Source of the DNA: Candidatus Bipolaricaulota bacterium
GTDB taxonomy: Bacteria; Bipolaricaulota; Bipolaricaulia; UBA7950; UBA9294
Length of the DNA stretch: 16,915 nt
Reading direction: 5' to 3'
Assembly: GCA_040752575.1 (NCBI GenBank)
Contig: JBFMGK010000070.1
Coordinates: forward strand, 1 to 16,915
Below the pieces are notes generated by a model, which was not told the DNA's origin, did no database searches, and saw nothing but the letters and a program-made list of their open reading frames with translations. The position numbers and the translations under genes were made by a program. Below are positions 14,301 to 16,915 of the stretch, piece by piece; the first letter of the stretch is position 1; each line of letters opens with the position of its first letter.

Positions 14301-16887
14301 CGACGGACACCTCTCGTTCGTGCCGCAAACCGGGGGTTCGTTCAAGGTCGTGGTCGAGGGTCTGGACGCGCGGGAGCGCACGACGCGGACGAGCCTCTTC
14401 GTCTGGGTCAGCGGCGCCGAGACCGTCGCGTGGCGACGGGCCAATGACGACCGCGTGACGCTCATCGCGGACAAGACTTCGTACCGCGCGGGAGAGGAGG
14501 CCAGAGTCCTCGTCCCCAGTCCTTTCCCCGGCGAGCAGTGGGCTCTCGTTACGGTCGAGCGATCGGGCATTCTGACCTCGGAGGTCGTACTGCTTCCGAA
14601 CAACAGCTCGGTCCTCACGATCCCCCTCGGCGAAGAACACATCCCAAATGTCTACGTGAGCGTGGTGCTGGTTCAGGGGCGCGCCGCTGCACTTGCCTCG
14701 GGAGAGCGGGCCACAGCGCAGATGAAGGTCGGCTACGTCTCCCTGGCGGTGGACCCTGAACCCAAGAGGCTCCAGATCTCTCTGACAACGAACGCCGTCG
14801 ACCCGCAACCTGGAGACACGATCGACCTGACGCTGTCTGTCCGCGACGCCGAAGGAGAACCTGTCCACGCGCGCCTCGCGGTCGACCTTGTGGACAAAGC
14901 CGTGCTGACGCTCCAGCCACGCGAGGCCGAGAGGATCCTGCGAACGTTCTACGAGCCCCGCGGCCTCGGCGTGTCGACCTCCAGTTCGCTCGTCGTTTCG
15001 CTATCTCGGCTCGTCATCGAGCAGCTTGAGGATCTGGGTCTTGTCGAAGAGGACGTGAAGTACGCCATGGACGGCGCCGTGGGCGCCGGGAGCCCCGTTC
15101 CAATGGCCGCATCGGGCCTCTCACGGGACGAGGCGGAAGCGGCAACCTCATCCTCGTTGTCTTCTGGCATCACCGTGCGCGAGGAGTTCGCCGACACGGC
15201 CTACTGGAATCCTTACGTCGAGACAGACGGCGAAGGCGAGGCCGCGATCCGCGTCGAGTTGCCCGACAACCTCACGACGTGGGTTGCACGCGCCGTGGGG
15301 AGTACGACAGACACCCGCGTCGGCGAGGGAACGGCGGAAGTCCTCGTTACGAAGCCGCTCCTGGTGCGCCCCGTCGCTCCTCGCTTCTTCGTCGTGGGCG
15401 ACCGCGTGCGCCTTGCCGCGTCGGTGACGAACCAGACCGATGCCGCCGTCATCGCCGAGGTCACTCTCACGGCAAGCGGCATCTCGTTGGAAACCCCGGC
15501 CGTCCAAACCATGTCGGTTCCCGCGCGTGGCGAGGCCCAGGGCACGTGGTGGGTTCGCGTTCTGGATGTGCCCGTCGTGGATCTCGTGTGGACGGCCGTC
15601 GGAGGCGGCTACGCCGACTCCGCGCGACCTCGTTTGACGACGGGCCCCGACGGTACGCTTCTCGTCTTCCGTTACACGGCGCCGGAGACCGTCGGAACCG
15701 CCGGAGAACTGCGACAGGGAGGCCTGCGCACCGAGACGGTGCTGCTCCCCGAGGCTTTCGATCCCTCGCGAACCCAAGTCGACGTGCGACTGGAGACCTC
15801 GCTCGCCGCGGCACTCCAGGAAGGCCTCACGTACCTTCGCCACTTCGAGTACGAGTGCACGGAACAGGTGGTCAGCCGCTTCCTGCCCAACGCCCTAACC
15901 TATCGCGCCTTGTCGCTTCTCGGCTGGTCAGATCCCGAGCTTGCGGAACCGCTGGCCGATCTCGTGCTCGAAGGCCTCGAGAAGCTCTACGAGCGGCAGA
16001 ACTCCGACGGCGGCTGGGGTTGGTGGTTTGGCGAGTCGTCCAACGCCCATCTCACGGCGTACGCCGCCTACGCCCTTCTTCGCGTTCGCGACGGCGACAT
16101 CGCCGTTCGCGAGAGCGTCCTTCAGGATGCCCTCGACTTCCTGGATCGAACGCTCGTTCCCGCGGAGGACCTCACGGCGGGCTGGCAGGCCAACCGACAG
16201 GCGTGGGTTCTCTATGTCTTGTCGCTGGGAGGAGAGAACGACGCGGCGCCCTACGCCCGTGACCTGTTCGCTCAACGGGAGATCCTGTCTCATTACGCGC
16301 GGGCGTTGCTCGCCGCGGCCCTCCACCGCTACGGAGAGCCAACCAGTTCGGTCAACGCACTCGTCGCGGACGTCACCACACAGGCCATCTTGAGCGCGAC
16401 GGGCGCGCACTGGGAAGAGCGCTCGGTAGATCGCTGGGCCATGAACACGGACACGCGATCCACGGCCATCATCCTCGACGTCCTGATCGAGCTGGATTCG
16501 ACGAATCCCTTGTTGCCGAATGTCGTCCGTTGGCTGATGGTGGCTCGCAAGGGGGGAATCTGGGAGACGACGCAGGAGAATGCCTGGGCCATCGTAGCGC
16601 TCACGGATTGGATGGCCGCGACGGGCGAACTCGAAGCCGAGTACACGTACAGCGTCTCCTGGGACGGGAACGCCCGACTCTCCGGCGTCGCGACGCCGGA
16701 GAGTGTGAGTGACTCGGCGACGTTGAGTTTCGCTGGTCCCGACCTGTCGTCGGCCGACCGCCATCGATTGACGATCGAGCGCTCGGAGGGACCGGGAGTT
16801 CTGTACTACACAAGCCACCTCTCTCTCGGTCTGCCCGCCGACCAGGTCGACGCGCGATCGCGCGGCGTGGTCGGGAGTCGACAGTAA
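11314..16887 (+). CDS. Bacterial alpha-2-macroglobulin with four N-terminal Ig-like (Big_5-type) domains; C-terminus probably incomplete
   Basis: Four repeats of the x-P-x-x-G..I-x-V-x-F-N/D-x-P-M pattern (about 11413-12654); YLDTDRLIYRTGQTVYFR; YRAPEFEV; VDLVDKAVL; low-complexity bait region before VREEFADTAYWNP; LPDNLTTW; thioester YECTEQ (CTEQ 15856-15867); QNSDGGWGWW; WETTQENAW. Confidence 0.95.
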   Translation: MTIRWGKWAVAALLLSGLLSWTAGADVPPPSGDAPRIVLVEPARGEELPIDGSVRVVFDRPMDRPSVEQAFVLTPTLGGTFYWTSDEDVRFVPNAPWKRGETYVVSVSGEARDASGLPLAEPLSHRVHVVGFLSVVQTSPADGTSEVGTDTLFTVFFNRPVVALAALSAPDTAPLAQPLQVEPAVDGTGQWIGTSVYVFAPSSSLRGGTTYTARIPAGLEDETGGLLVEDAVWTFTTVRPRTLRTWPEDGEDLVPLDAKIRVTFNMPMSAASAADRISVRPVSLFGALPGEPVSGMLEAEGNALLFVPTEPLEFDREYLVTLEPGLLPEGGGQGTEDFTRFRFRTVPRLRILGTSPRNGAERVSPYSPFVLEFNAPIDPESVLERITIEPTPAPGSVSGWFNDWDLRYVVYFDIQPSQTYTVRVAAGIQDPYGNAIDDALTVRFTTDRLDPVAWLHVPGSVGTYSSYEPARMVVAHRNTDRLDFTLTRLDVADYFEALTEGSRWDPPSRGSLREWTVRVSSPENEMGYTAVDLSESGGALRPGAYAIEVAARGVEWNPWQHRHVLVVTPTHLILKTTDEETLVWATDLESGQPVPGLILWAMNADGEPLDVDVTDSRGLSRFPGASSTDWRGLTILARSPFTLADSGWSDGISPWDFGTFTETAPEGRAYLDTDRLIYRTGQTVYFRALLRDEDDATYGLPTREEARITLTDPAWNTVYDEALPIDASGEVADEFALPEDAALGTYRLRVSFGEVSTSHSFEVAAYRAPEFEVTLLADTSEAAKGDRVGVNIEAMYFFGAPVSDASVEWRVLSEGYTFSPPAFGQYTFTDTDDPWTCWTCWWQEPTPSSPVLTGEGNTDALGVLSLQLPADVGSLPRDEEGQPAQGSRRLTIEATAAGRDGSSISGRTSVVIHQASFYAGLATERPIGRAGEEMPLQVITLDWAGERLPETSLKYEVYLREWLNTFEEDPSGGGRWSWTTRDTLVASGDLTTNEHGDGHLSFVPQTGGSFKVVVEGLDARERTTRTSLFVWVSGAETVAWRRANDDRVTLIADKTSYRAGEEARVLVPSPFPGEQWALVTVERSGILTSEVVLLPNNSSVLTIPLGEEHIPNVYVSVVLVQGRAAALASGERATAQMKVGYVSLAVDPEPKRLQISLTTNAVDPQPGDTIDLTLSVRDAEGEPVHARLAVDLVDKAVLTLQPREAERILRTFYEPRGLGVSTSSSLVVSLSRLVIEQLEDLGLVEEDVKYAMDGAVGAGSPVPMAASGLSRDEAEAATSSSLSSGITVREEFADTAYWNPYVETDGEGEAAIRVELPDNLTTWVARAVGSTTDTRVGEGTAEVLVTKPLLVRPVAPRFFVVGDRVRLAASVTNQTDAAVIAEVTLTASGISLETPAVQTMSVPARGEAQGTWWVRVLDVPVVDLVWTAVGGGYADSARPRLTTGPDGTLLVFRYTAPETVGTAGELRQGGLRTETVLLPEAFDPSRTQVDVRLETSLAAALQEGLTYLRHFEYECTEQVVSRFLPNALTYRALSLLGWSDPELAEPLADLVLEGLEKLYERQNSDGGWGWWFGESSNAHLTAYAAYALLRVRDGDIAVRESVLQDALDFLDRTLVPAEDLTAGWQANRQAWVLYVLSLGGENDAAPYARDLFAQREILSHYARALLAAALHRYGEPTSSVNALVADVTTQAILSATGAHWEERSVDRWAMNTDTRSTAIILDVLIELDSTNPLLPNVVRWLMVARKGGIWETTQENAWAIVALTDWMAATGELEAEYTYSVSWDGNARLSGVATPESVSDSATLSFAGPDLSSADRHRLTIERSEGPGVLYYTSHLSLGLPADQVDARSRGVVGSRQ

Positions 16888-16915
16888 GTGCCGCTCGGCA
16901 GCGCCGTGGGCGGGC

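Overview
GC-rich bacterial chromosomal segment with no mobile element, CRISPR array, rRNA or tRNA visible. Left to right: a 5'-truncated coiled-coil hypothetical gene, a queuosine-salvage hydrolase (Qng1/DUF2419), comEA, surE, rsmD, a HAD hydrolase, a membrane-anchored C39-like peptidase, and a tightly spaced minus-strand operon (TrmH-family methylase, gltX, three-Cys-pair thioredoxin fusion, membrane 4Fe-4S protein, uppP). These are followed by an orphan secreted pilin-like gene and, divergently, a large thioester-bearing alpha-2-macroglobulin that runs to the window edge. The standout is the leader of the pilin-like gene (minus strand, 11026->10774). It holds two c-di-GMP-I (GEMM-I) riboswitch aptamers that appear nested rather than tandem: a complete second aptamer sits inside the P3 loop of the first. 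The inner aptamer has C at the ligand-specificity position (G20 in Vc2 numbering). One continuous anti-Shine-Dalgarno strand is built from parts of both aptamers, which predicts a two-sensor translational ON switch. All calls come from manual motif reading and base-pairing; no searches were run.
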